Below, one piece after another: positions 45,974-56,594 of a DNA stretch of 64,000 bases. The DNA comes from Rhodosorus marinus CCMP1338 (taxonomy: Eukaryota; Plantae; Rhodophyta). The DNA is taken from positions 806,001-870,000 of the forward strand of contig JAMWBK010000011.1 in NCBI GenBank assembly GCA_029953675.1, read 5' to 3'. Numbering within the stretch: the first letter of the stretch is position 1; every line of letters begins with the position of its first letter. The position numbers and the translations under genes are program-made. Under the pieces are notes generated by a model. That model made no database searches. It was not told the DNA's origin and worked only from the letters and a program-made list of their open reading frames with translations.

Positions 45974-47371
45974 ATGGAGCCCCAGCAGGATCCATTGATG
46001 GGGAAGCACGTCTCAGTGCTAAGCAAGCATTTCCAGTGGGACTCGCTTCCGATGAACTGGATGATGTACCGCACTCATAAGCAGGCGGTGCCGCATCCTA
46101 GCAGCTGGTCGATGCTGCTGATGGACATGAAGTTTGGAATTCCGCCGATTACCGGAAAGGCGATGATGGCTTTGAAAGCAGCGTCCATGGTGTCAGTGAT
46201 CAATCAGCCGACGCTGATGATGACCGAGTTCGCGGAAGGGGACTACAATATTGGATCTGGGTGGGCCTTCTTGGGAGGTCTTCCGGACTTGAACGGAAGA
46301 CGTAACGAAAAATATGGAGGCCTGAAAAGGATTAGGTTCATTAATTGGCTGGAGGACTACAAAGCGGTGGTGATTATTTCAGCCGAGGTCCAGCCTGGAC
46401 TGATCGCTTTCATAAAGCTGTCCGAAGTGGACGGAAGGTTAAATTACGGTATCTGGGCGGTAGTGGACAAAGACAGTGAAAAAATTTTCTGCAGTCAGGC
46501 CCACTTGGATAGACGACCTTGCGACATGTGCCGGCTGACGGGCGAACTTTGCGATCCGAGGAGCTGCACCAACATTCAGTCACTTAGCAACGAGCGAGCT
46601 GTGAGAAGAGCGTTGCTGGAACAATCAGATCCCCCTGTTCTAAACATGGAGTACGCGATGGTGTGGCTCAGTGGAAACTGGATTGTCCCAGTTGGACCGC
46701 TTGAGCCGGTCACAATTGACATCGATTGTTATGCGTCTGGGTCGGTCTTTGAAGTTGCTCTTGTGGCAGTTCTACAAGCCGAGGTGGAGAGCGTCCACCC
46801 CCCACGTTCGTCCTATCGGACCGTCCACTGTGCCAGGAGTGAAATGGACTACTTTCTGGAGTTGGAGGACCTGTCAAGCGAGTTCGGGGGAATGGAAACC
46901 TCGTCAAGCGAGTTCAGGGGAATAGATACCTCGTCAAGCGAAGAGCCCCATATCAGCTCGTTGCCGTATGCCTCCTCTGGGGTAGACTCGAGGGAGGGCG
47001 TAGCTACGGCAGATGGTCACGTTTGCGACTTGTGCGGCACATCGTTCACTCGTGCATACGATGTTACAAGACATCGAAGAGTCGTCCACCAAAAGCGGAG
47101 GGACTTCCAATGCGAGCAGTGTGAGAAAACGTTCACTCAGAAAGGTCACCTGAATGAGCACATCAGAGTAGTCCACGAGCGAATGCATGTACATCCCTGT
47201 CCGATCTGCGACAAGCGCTTTGGTGCGAGCTCTAAACTGAAACGGCACATGGTGACAGTGCACGAAAATCGGCGCAGTTTCCAGTGCAATGTGTGCAAAA
47301 ACAACTACAAGGAGAAATCATATCTAAAACAGCACATGCGAGACGTACACGATGTGAAGATGGCCTCTTGA
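45974..47371 (+). CDS. Z14: N-domain + 4x C2H2 zinc finger protein, 465 aa
   Basis: First ATG is at 45974. Full motif set. 30-bp linker repeats at 46874-46942. Confidence 0.95.
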   Translation: MEPQQDPLMGKHVSVLSKHFQWDSLPMNWMMYRTHKQAVPHPSSWSMLLMDMKFGIPPITGKAMMALKAASMVSVINQPTLMMTEFAEGDYNIGSGWAFLGGLPDLNGRRNEKYGGLKRIRFINWLEDYKAVVIISAEVQPGLIAFIKLSEVDGRLNYGIWAVVDKDSEKIFCSQAHLDRRPCDMCRLTGELCDPRSCTNIQSLSNERAVRRALLEQSDPPVLNMEYAMVWLSGNWIVPVGPLEPVTIDIDCYASGSVFEVALVAVLQAEVESVHPPRSSYRTVHCARSEMDYFLELEDLSSEFGGMETSSSEFRGIDTSSSEEPHISSLPYASSGVDSREGVATADGHVCDLCGTSFTRAYDVTRHRRVVHQKRRDFQCEQCEKTFTQKGHLNEHIRVVHERMHVHPCPICDKRFGASSKLKRHMVTVHENRRSFQCNVCKNNYKEKSYLKQHMRDVHDVKMAS

Positions 47372-48072
47372 CCAGAGAGCGCTCGTTTAGCCGCTTTCCA
47401 AACTTTGACTCTGGACCTAAACCGCCAGCCGCGCGGTCCAAAAAAGAGGAGCTTGTCCATCCATACCCCACCCGCCAATACACTCGAACCGAGACGTAAA
47501 GCTATCAACCCCAAATTACTAACGAATCAATCGAGGAACAAAAAAAAGTTACTTGTCCAATCACAAGCTCGTCGGCAACTACTTAATCTCAATACTATTC
47601 AGATATATGTTTTCCACTACTTTTTAGATTATTCCGATGGTGGTCGTGTTTAGTTATTGAAAATAGGTCAGTAATGGCCGTCTTATCACTATTGAGAAAA
47701 CCTTTGAGAAAGTGCCATTTTCAATGGCTTCAATTCCATAAAAGTGCTCGATGGCGTTGATGGCTAAACAGCTGCTATTTGGCTGGTGAGAAAGGAACTA
47801 TGAGGAAGGATCCCGTTTGGTAACTCTTTGGGGGGGGGCGCGAAGTAGGAGCTTTTGGAAGGTGGTGAAGAATGGGGGGGGAGGGGGTGGAATAGCAGAG
47901 GAACCTTGGCAGAGTTTCTGTTCGAGTAGGCAGAAAAGCGCTATAGGTTTTTTCTCTTTGACGAGGGAGTTTCTGAGGGTTATGTGGGTTCCGTTCTTCT
48001 GGGTTGTGTCAACCGTGATGGTTTTGTAGAACTGAAGGGTAGGTTTGGGGTGTGTGTCCGAGGTCGCGTAAG

Positions 48073-49419
48073 ATGGACTTTCAGGGGATGATAGGGACGC
48101 ATATCTCTCAGTTGACATCCTTTATGGAGTTTGAATCTGTTCCCTTGAACTGGCTTCTGTTTCGGACCAAACGGGAGACCGTCCCGCAGCCCCAACACCA
48201 TTTGGTGTCGATGCTGGATATGACCTCGGTGATTCCTCCAGAGACTGGAGTGGCGCTCACTGCTTCAAAGACCGCGCAGATGCTTTCGGTCCTTTCGATG
48301 CCTTCATTGCTAATGTGGGAAACGTGCAACAGGCAATTTTCGCTCGGCTCTGGTTGGGCATTCGTCGGTGGTGTTCCAGGTTCTGCAGGGCCCGGGGGAG
48401 GTAGAAGTTACAAGAAAATTCGGTTTATGAACTATATAACTATCAAAAAAACTGCAGTGTCAGTTCTGACTAGCGAGGTTTACCCAGGAGTCCTCGCTTT
48501 CTCAATGGTAGCCGAAATCGATGAGCGAAGCAATGAGAGCACATGGGGTTTGATTGATGCCAGGACCGAGGAGGTCCACTATATTAATACCCAATACGAC
48601 AGACGGTGCTGCGTACTTTGCTCGGTGAATGGTATGGACTGTATTCCAGAAACTTGTGCCAACCAGGAAAACTTTCTCAGTTTGCGGTCGCTGAGGACGT
48701 CCCTCGCTGAGGCCGACCGCTTTGTTGGACTGCAGTACATGATGACCTGGCTCCAGGGAACATGGACTATTCCGCTGGGTGATCTTGAGCCAATAATTGT
48801 GGATATGACGTACTACCCGTCTGGAGAACGATATAGCTCGGCCCTGGGGTTCGTTCTGCAAGAGGAAGTGGCGACTATCCACCCACCTCGGTCGTCCTAC
48901 AGACTTTGCAAGCTCGCTCAGGATCAGTGCGAGGAGTTTCTCGAGATCAAGGACCAGATGGATGCACAGGACGTGTTGGGTCCACCGAGCTCTAACGGCA
49001 GCCCGAGATTTTCGTCCGTAGGCTCGCTGCCAGATAGAGCTGAACCTGCCGTAGAAACCAGCTCCAAACATGGAGCCTGCGAATTCTGTGGGATGTCTTT
49101 CAAGAGGAAATATGACCTCAGGAGACACAGAGCGTCGGTCCACCTGAAGAGAAGGGACTTCAAATGCCAATACTGTGCAAAGACTTTCACCCAAAACGGT
49201 CACTTGCACGAACATGTTAGGTTGAACCACGAGACTGAAAGTACGTACCAGTGCCCGGAGTGTGACAAGAAATTCGGCGCCAAGTCGAAACTCGATCGGC
49301 ACGTCCGGACCGTCCACGATAATGTCCGTAACTTCCAATGTCATTTTTGCCAGAAGAAATACAAGGAAAGGTCCTACCTGAAGCACCATCTGCTCGCGCG
49401 ACATGGGGTGTCAGTGTAG
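48073..49419 (+). CDS. Z15: N-domain + 4x C2H2 zinc finger protein, 448 aa
   Basis: First ATG is at 48073. Motifs LGSGW, EVYPG, RRCCVLC, WLQGTW, HPPRSSYR. Four fingers. Confidence 0.95.
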   Translation: MDFQGMIGTHISQLTSFMEFESVPLNWLLFRTKRETVPQPQHHLVSMLDMTSVIPPETGVALTASKTAQMLSVLSMPSLLMWETCNRQFSLGSGWAFVGGVPGSAGPGGGRSYKKIRFMNYITIKKTAVSVLTSEVYPGVLAFSMVAEIDERSNESTWGLIDARTEEVHYINTQYDRRCCVLCSVNGMDCIPETCANQENFLSLRSLRTSLAEADRFVGLQYMMTWLQGTWTIPLGDLEPIIVDMTYYPSGERYSSALGFVLQEEVATIHPPRSSYRLCKLAQDQCEEFLEIKDQMDAQDVLGPPSSNGSPRFSSVGSLPDRAEPAVETSSKHGACEFCGMSFKRKYDLRRHRASVHLKRRDFKCQYCAKTFTQNGHLHEHVRLNHETESTYQCPECDKKFGAKSKLDRHVRTVHDNVRNFQCHFCQKKYKERSYLKHHLLARHGVSV

Positions 49420-51928
49420 TGACCGTCAGAGAAGTGTATGCACGCCGCTTACAAGACCCGTCGCTGGATCTAAGCACAAGAGAATGAATGGACGACGATA
49501 CCCACGAGCGTCTTATTGCGTACCGAAGTCCTCGTTGATGATCAGTTCAACTTCTGCGCCACCCCAGCGGGTTCCCTCAATGTACATAATGTCTAGTGTG
49601 AGGTATTTGTACAGTAAAAAATGAGCTATTATTTTGCGTATGTTGTGAACAGGCTCTGCAGCATTCAGCGTGGGGCGGCTACGACAGCTTTTGCAACCTC
49701 AATGAAATAGTGGGCGAACACTAACGCACGAGTCAAACTGGTCCGAATCGGTTAGTCGCCCTAAAGGTGATTGGAAAAATCGGACCAGACACACCCGCCA
49801 GTGGAGCCCAAAATATCCAAGAGAGTAAACAGGACAGCCTGGTCGTGCTTGTCCCAGCCTACATGACAATGGAGTGCCACCGAAGCGTCGTCCGGATTCG
49901 AATATGACAACTCCAGTCCGCCTTGGGCGTAGCTGCCAGCACCGCGGGGGGGAGGGAGGGGTTGGGGTTTTGCCATCTGCCCACTTGTCAGTTCTCCTCA
50001 AAACTCTGTTTTCCAAAGCATCGACGGCACACCTTCTTACTGTACACTCGTCTACTACCTCAGCCCCCCTAGTCCCGAACTGGAGCTAACATCAAATCTT
50101 GGAGTCAGACGTTCCACTTCTTCCTTTCACTACCTTCCTCTGACAAGAAATCTTAAGACAGCTGTCCTCTACGCAAAAAGATCAAAAAACAATCCCTTAC
50201 CCCTATTCCCCACCTTCGCCCTTTTTAAAAAAAAAACTGTGCGTGACCGGAAATCAATCTTTATGAGTCACAATATTGACTGCATATCTTATTCTGGGAA
50301 ATTTTGCATATACGTCAGTCAAAATTTTGACCAATAGAGTTCTGTTCTGACCTTGTTTAGTATCGAAAACGGTCCGGCTGTGCGATCCCGCGTTTTTTTA
50401 CTATAATACAAGTGGCTAAAAATCTGAGAGTTCCATGGACTAGAAGAAAAGGAAGGGGGGGTAATCTATGCATGAAAAATACCTGGATATATTTTTATGA
50501 ATTTTTATGAAGTATTTTGTGTTTTGTTATGGATTTCAGGAAGGGGGGGGAAGATAGCCCGGGTTAACATAGAATTTTGAGGATTTTTTTGTTTTTTTTT
50601 TCTTTTGGAAACTGGCAGAGTTAGTCGTCGGACTGGGGCTGTTGTCTCGTAACGGACTGATCTATGTGGATGGAGAGAGTCCGTGGGTAGGAGAGAAATT
50701 TTTACCCTGCTGTTCCCGATGGATCTACCGTAAGGTTTGGAAATGCACAATGATATTCCAGTATCCGGTGCCTTCCCCTCTCCCCCTCCGCCCCCCTTGC
50801 CGCGGCGTATGAATGAGAAGTCAGGCATCGGTTTGTGGTGCTTGATGTTTCGAAATTGACTGCGAAGCCCGGACGAAAAGAGCCGAGCAGAACCTTTGGG
50901 ATATGGCACGAGGGAAAAAGGTCAGTCTTGAAAGCGTCCAGGTTCTGCCGACTGGTCGTTGCTCCCTCGCGCACATAACAGGCTCCGGCTAATTTCGATG
51001 AAAAAGCACCCCGCATCCATGGAGACGTGGTAGCAGAATCCGTCTTACCAGGGTAGCGTATCGAGGCTCTCTTCCTGTGGAAAGCAAAATACAAGCTGCT
51101 TCCCATCAGTTCAGAAAGCGCTCGTCAAGATCTCAGAATCATCGGCTTAGGCACGATTAGCATTTCCATCAATGCCAAGCATTGACCACCAGGCAAAAGC
51201 TCACTCTGGGAAAGGAACTTTCTCCTGTTCTTGGAACTCAAGTCTCAATGGGAAGTTTACCGTTCTTCACTTCCGGTAAAAGAGATTATCATCTGGAAGG
51301 AAACGGACAGTTGTGAAACAGATTTGGGATAGCCGGGGAAGACGGTCTTGTTGATGGGAGGAGGGACTCGGAGACTCTCCTGCAGATATTTTTGTTTTGG
51401 CCACTTAGAAAGTTGTAAACTGTTTAGTAGCGCTGAAGAACCTTTTTAGACCCTTTGCGGAGTTGTGGGAGAAGTTTGGTGGGAGGGGGAGGACGGTCTT
51501 GAACTTTGGAGAAGAGACTTGGTCACACTGCTTCAGGTTGTTGTTTGTCGTTTAGCGCAACTCGGCCTCGTTTTTATAGAGTCTTAAGCTTCTTTCCTGG
51601 GGTTGTTGTGGGCTGAAGAGATTTTCTGAGTTGTTTGGGACTGAGCGAGGGGGGCTTTGCCAAATGGTTATGTTGCTGTTGTGTGTAGTGGCGTCGACGT
51701 GCTGACTGTGATGTTACTGCGGCAAAGCCTTGAAAGCTTCATTTGGAGGGAGGGACCGGGAGTAAGGCTGTGAATATGAGGCTCGGAGAGGTGTGAGGTT
51801 GGGTTGCTCAAAGTTGTGGGGTATTGGTTTTGCGTTTTGTCAGCTCACGGCTTTTGGGGGTGAGTGGGGTGCGCCTAGGGGGTTGTGGGTTTCTATCGAC
51901 TTTTAGAGAAGTGCTGTTGTAAACCGAG

Positions 51929-53287
51929 ATGGATATTCTACCGTTTATGAGGTTGGTGGACGCCTTCCCGAACATGGAGTATGGGTCCGGTTCAGAGCGG
52001 TGGATGTTGCATGAAGAGGAGAGGAGAGGTGTTCCGAGGAGGAAGGAGAATAGTGCCCTAGTATTGATGGATATGCATATGGCTATTCCAGAGGAAATCC
52101 GCGCGGAAATGGGCACGAACTTATTTGATGTGATGTCGAGTCCGGGGCTTTTCATGGATGAGGCTTATACGGAAACGTTTACTGTCGGTACGGCGTGGAT
52201 GCTGGCATGCGGTGTTCCCGGAACGGAGAGGTTCAATCCTAACGTACTCCATCCGGTTGTTCAGGTGAGATATATGACCACCCTCAGCGAGGATCGCGCG
52301 AGTACTCTGATGACTTGCAAAATCTCCGAGGACATGGTGATATTCGCGCAAATAGAGGAGATGACCGGACGCTATAATCGTGTCAACCATGGGATTATCG
52401 AGCCGCGGGGAAGGACGGTGCAAATTGTTGCGCAGAGTTACGATGAAAAGTATTGTGATAAATGCACCGTGCTTTCGAGCAAATGCGAGTGCCAAGACCA
52501 GCAAAATATGATGCAGTTTAGCAATCGTGCGAAGGGAAGAAGGGCGCAATTTAGCTCGTCACCTCTTGAGAGGGGAAGCTTTCTCGGCAATGCCTACCTC
52601 AAGTCCTGGTTGGAAGGGTCCTGGACTGTGAGCGCGGCGGGCTTGCCTCCGTTTAAATTGGAAATTAATATGCACGAAGAGGGGACACTAAGGTTCGATG
52701 GAGCGATGATTTACGTGTACCAAACGGAAATAGAGAAGCTTCACCATCCGAGATCCAATATTTTTCAGCTATGGGATGTGGACCCACTAACTTTGTTTGA
52801 GTCTGGTGAAAGCGACCATGGGACGTCCTCTGCGAGCGAAATTTTATCGCAATCTTCCTTACTCGACGATCTTGCCTCTCAGAATTCGAGCCTGGGGTCG
52901 TCCGGTGAAAGTTCTTTCGACAACGGGGAGCGGAAACCTTTCGAATGCAAGATCTGCGGCATGCACTTCCGACGGGAGTATGATGTGACGCGGCACATGA
53001 ACGGAGTACATATGAAAAAGAAGGACCACGTGTGCAAACTCTGCCCGAGACAATTCTCGCAGAGGGGACACCTGAACGAACACGTCCGGAAAGAGCACTT
53101 TGGAATTGGCTTCAGATGTGAGCGCTGTCCTCCGGACAGCGCAAAAGTATTCGGCTCCAGGTCAAAACTTAAGCGGCATATGGAGAACGTCCACCTCAAC
53201 ATTCGTCGGTACGCTTGTAATTCGTGTACAAAGCAGTACAAGGACGCGACAAACCTGCGTGACCACATGGCGAAAGCCCACCCATGA
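51929..53287 (+). CDS. Z16: divergent N-domain + 4x C2H2 zinc finger protein, 452 aa
   Basis: ATG ORF with degenerate family motifs (VGTAW, YCDKC-x6-CEC, WLEGSW, HHPRSNIF). Finger 3 has a 4-aa insertion. Confidence 0.92.
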   Translation: MDILPFMRLVDAFPNMEYGSGSERWMLHEEERRGVPRRKENSALVLMDMHMAIPEEIRAEMGTNLFDVMSSPGLFMDEAYTETFTVGTAWMLACGVPGTERFNPNVLHPVVQVRYMTTLSEDRASTLMTCKISEDMVIFAQIEEMTGRYNRVNHGIIEPRGRTVQIVAQSYDEKYCDKCTVLSSKCECQDQQNMMQFSNRAKGRRAQFSSSPLERGSFLGNAYLKSWLEGSWTVSAAGLPPFKLEINMHEEGTLRFDGAMIYVYQTEIEKLHHPRSNIFQLWDVDPLTLFESGESDHGTSSASEILSQSSLLDDLASQNSSLGSSGESSFDNGERKPFECKICGMHFRREYDVTRHMNGVHMKKKDHVCKLCPRQFSQRGHLNEHVRKEHFGIGFRCERCPPDSAKVFGSRSKLKRHMENVHLNIRRYACNSCTKQYKDATNLRDHMAKAHP

Positions 53288-55280
53288 GGAAGGTTTCCGA
53301 ATGCTAATCTATTAATCCTTCCCTGAAACTCTTAAGGTGCCTGTTCCATCTCGTGCCGCCGATTGTTGCGTTTTCAGCGCATGCGAGTATGGATACCTAT
53401 ATATTCGACTGTGAGGTAAGAACATATGTATAGAGAACAAGCCACTTTTGCAAAAGTAAAGAGGTGCGAGCCTTGGCGAAGATAAGCACGATCAACCACA
53501 GGAAATCAGCTTTTGATAGTAGACAAGAAGGTTCAGGCGAAGAAGAACAATTTGAGGAAAGACTTGATGGACATGAGAAGTCTCATTCCCAAAAAGAGGC
53601 GATTGCGTTTCCATGTTCAAGTCCGCTTTGACCAATTCTGCAATCGCTTCCGTTCGCGAACGCGACCTCTTCCACCAAAATCACTCAAGCACAGGACGAT
53701 GACCCCTACTTTTGAGCATGGAGCTATGGTTCTGCACTTCGACTCTGACTTGAGAAGCTCACGTCTACGTAGTCAGGGGTGAAATGGAAAACCAAATGCA
53801 AGATACTCTCTATTCTTGGACTCGAGATGGCCCGGACGCCATCCACAAGAAACACCCGAGCCGAGGCGTCAGTTGACACATGCCAACAACAAAGGGCGCT
53901 CACATAGAACGTGCGAGGGAGAAGGCAGGACCCAAACTAACCTTGCAAATCGTTCACGGATCACTTCTCACCGTTCCAATCTGTCCATTCGAAGATTCCA
54001 CGAAAAACCATTGGCAGGCACATCAGCGTTCCACCTGAACCGTACTAGCCACCTTGCTCATGCTCGGTTCAACTACTCGCATCTCAGGCGGTTCCTGTCC
54101 ATCGGGACGGAGTTTAGTCCTAGAAAATGGTTTCTTTGGCAGTACGCTGCTCAGCGGTGCTTTGTGGAAGACGACTAATCAATGAAAGAAAAGAGAAAAG
54201 GATTCCGTGCTTGTTCTCCAACCACAGCTCACCCACTAAACTCTATGCTCAATGTTGTGCAGATCTTGTAGAGGACCTTCCAAATACAGCTGCTCAACTT
54301 CCTTCCAACGCCTTGGCGCCATGCTGCTGAACGATCTGTCGTTTGCAATCAATGCCCTTCAGAGCCTCAGCTGCTGTTGATGAGACAACTGAATTACTGG
54401 CTTGGCTGACTCCATGCTCGTTCTTGCGATCGTTCTATCGCATGAGAGCAGCTGGCTCGAGGAACTGCGCTGTTTCTTTGGCAACGTTCTGACACGATGA
54501 TGCTCCTTGATCTGTTCTTTTCATCATTGACTATTGAGCAGTTCTGCTGATGGACACAAGCGGACTTAATCTTTCATAGAGAACAGACGCAACTTGTCGG
54601 AACGCACCAACCGACCCGCCCTGCTCGTGTTGTGCAGATTTTGTTAGGTAAAACGCTTAGCAGACTATGAGCAAATGCTCTGTTTCTTTTTCCCACATCC
54701 TATGGCGCGGTGCTGCTGATTGATCTGTTCTTTGCATCATCCTCTTCAGCACTTTGTTTACGATAGAACTGGAACTAGTCTTTCGTAGGACAGACGCAGC
54801 TTGCCGTAGCTTTGGTTTGCTGACCTCCAAACGGCCTAAACACACTGTTCCCGAGTTTTGGGGAAGAAGAAGAAACTATAAAAGGTTCTCTTGTGAACCT
54901 CTACCGTTGGGTTGTCTCCGTGTCTCGGCCTGGTGTGGGCAACGACCCGTGACGTTTTAGTGGGCGAAGAGCGTAAGTCTGGGAACTTTGAACTTGAGAA
55001 GGGAGGTGGTCTTTACATGTGGTGATATTTTCTGGGTTTGCCGATGTCTCGCAGGCGGTTGGCGGTGGCAATGTAGAGGTGTGGAAGCGTCCTTGCGGAC
55101 GGATGGGTAGTTTATTTTACGGTCTTTTTTTTCCGACCTGGAAGAGTGATCCTCTGAGGAAGAACCCGAAGCTTTTTTTGGTGCTTTGGGCAGTTTTTTG
55201 GGCTAGTTCTGCGCCTCTACCAACGAGCTGACGCGAGCTGTGGTATTTTTGGGGTGCTTGGCAAGGAAGGAATAACTGAT

Positions 55281-56594
55281 ATGGAGTTTACGGATATGGT
55301 GCCTGTAGCTGATGAGCTTTTGAAGGACTGGATGTTGCACAAGAGCGAAGCGAGGGTTTTTGATTTCAAGAAAGCGACACCGATTATGGTTAGCGTGAGG
55401 GTGACTGTTCACGACGAAGTGATGAAGTCTCCGTTCTACGGGCTTTTGTCGTCGTTTGAGAGGCCCGTTTTCCTGCTCTCGATGATGTACAGTAAACAGG
55501 TTCGGATCGGGATGGGATGGACGTTTGATGACGCGGGGCCTTTGCTGGAGTACTCCACCGGGGAAGGAGTTTCTCACGACCGTCGCGACGTTTTGACGTA
55601 TCAGAGGTTCTGCATGTTCGAGTGGAACGGTGTCGCAAACTTGCTCTGTACGCCAATTGGCGGAGAAGCTCAGGGTCTACCATTTATTCACATCCTTGAG
55701 AAAGACGGAGCGACGAATTACTCGGAGGTCGGCATCCTCGACAATGACACGGGAAGCAAGATCTTCTCGATTAGAGAAACCTCTGTACGACCGTGTGTTT
55801 TCTGCTCCGCACGGGATGAAGCATGTGCGTGCTCTCATGAGATGACTCTCCGAAGCTTTGGTCCGAACATTCCGCGTAAAGGTGGATCAATTGCCGGCGG
55901 GTTTGGGTTTAACGACGAACCGTACGTACACACTGCAAAGAAGTGGCTTTCAGGACGATGGGGCTTTCACGCTAATGGGCACCCGGCTTTTTCTACGAAC
56001 GCTGTGGTGCTCTCCGGCGGAAATTTGTTTGATAAAGCGCGGAACTACATCTGCCAGCAGGAAGCGCAGCAGATCTGCGGTCCGTATCAGTTTCCGATTT
56101 TGCAGTTTGGAATGAACTCTGGCGCAGCTCACGCTGTGCTAGCGCGAGGAGAAGGCGTTAAGTTTGAAATCCTGAGTGATTCGATCTCGGAGCAGATGAG
56201 TAGCGGCTCCTCCAAAGCGTCCGAACCAAGATGGAAGTGCAGAATCTGCGACGCGACATTTTCAAGGGTGTACGATGTCAAAAGACACGAAGAAGGTGTT
56301 CACTCCTCGAGCCGAAGCTTTGCGTGTGCGCACTGCTCTCAAACGTTCAAGCAGATGGGACACCTCAACGAGCACCTAAAGTCCCAGCACTCTGAATCTG
56401 GTGGACATGTTTGTTCGCTGTGTGGCAAGAGGTTTGGCGTCGAGTCGAAGTTGACGAGGCACGTTCTTCTTGTGCACATGGACATCAGAAAATTTGAGTG
56501 CAAGTACTGCAACAAAACGTACAAGGAGAAACATATTATGATGAGACACATGAAAAAAAAGCATGAACAACCGCAACCGCTGATAAGGAACTAA
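55281..56594 (+). CDS. Z17: subfamily-B N-domain + 4x C2H2 zinc finger protein, 437 aa
   Basis: First ATG is at 55281. Motifs RIGMGW, RPCVFC-x6-CAC, WLSGRW, FHANGHPAFS. Four fingers. Confidence 0.93.
   Translation: MEFTDMVPVADELLKDWMLHKSEARVFDFKKATPIMVSVRVTVHDEVMKSPFYGLLSSFERPVFLLSMMYSKQVRIGMGWTFDDAGPLLEYSTGEGVSHDRRDVLTYQRFCMFEWNGVANLLCTPIGGEAQGLPFIHILEKDGATNYSEVGILDNDTGSKIFSIRETSVRPCVFCSARDEACACSHEMTLRSFGPNIPRKGGSIAGGFGFNDEPYVHTAKKWLSGRWGFHANGHPAFSTNAVVLSGGNLFDKARNYICQQEAQQICGPYQFPILQFGMNSGAAHAVLARGEGVKFEILSDSISEQMSSGSSKASEPRWKCRICDATFSRVYDVKRHEEGVHSSSRSFACAHCSQTFKQMGHLNEHLKSQHSESGGHVCSLCGKRFGVESKLTRHVLLVHMDIRKFECKYCNKTYKEKHIMMRHMKKKHEQPQPLIRN

Noticed and set aside
48502-49404. 300-aa minus-strand ORF, and similar antisense ORFs such as 21036-21707, 34362-34859 and 62608-63057
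   Set aside because: They lie entirely opposite ZF genes, have no motifs, and recur at homologous positions only because the sense codons are conserved. These are shadow ORFs.
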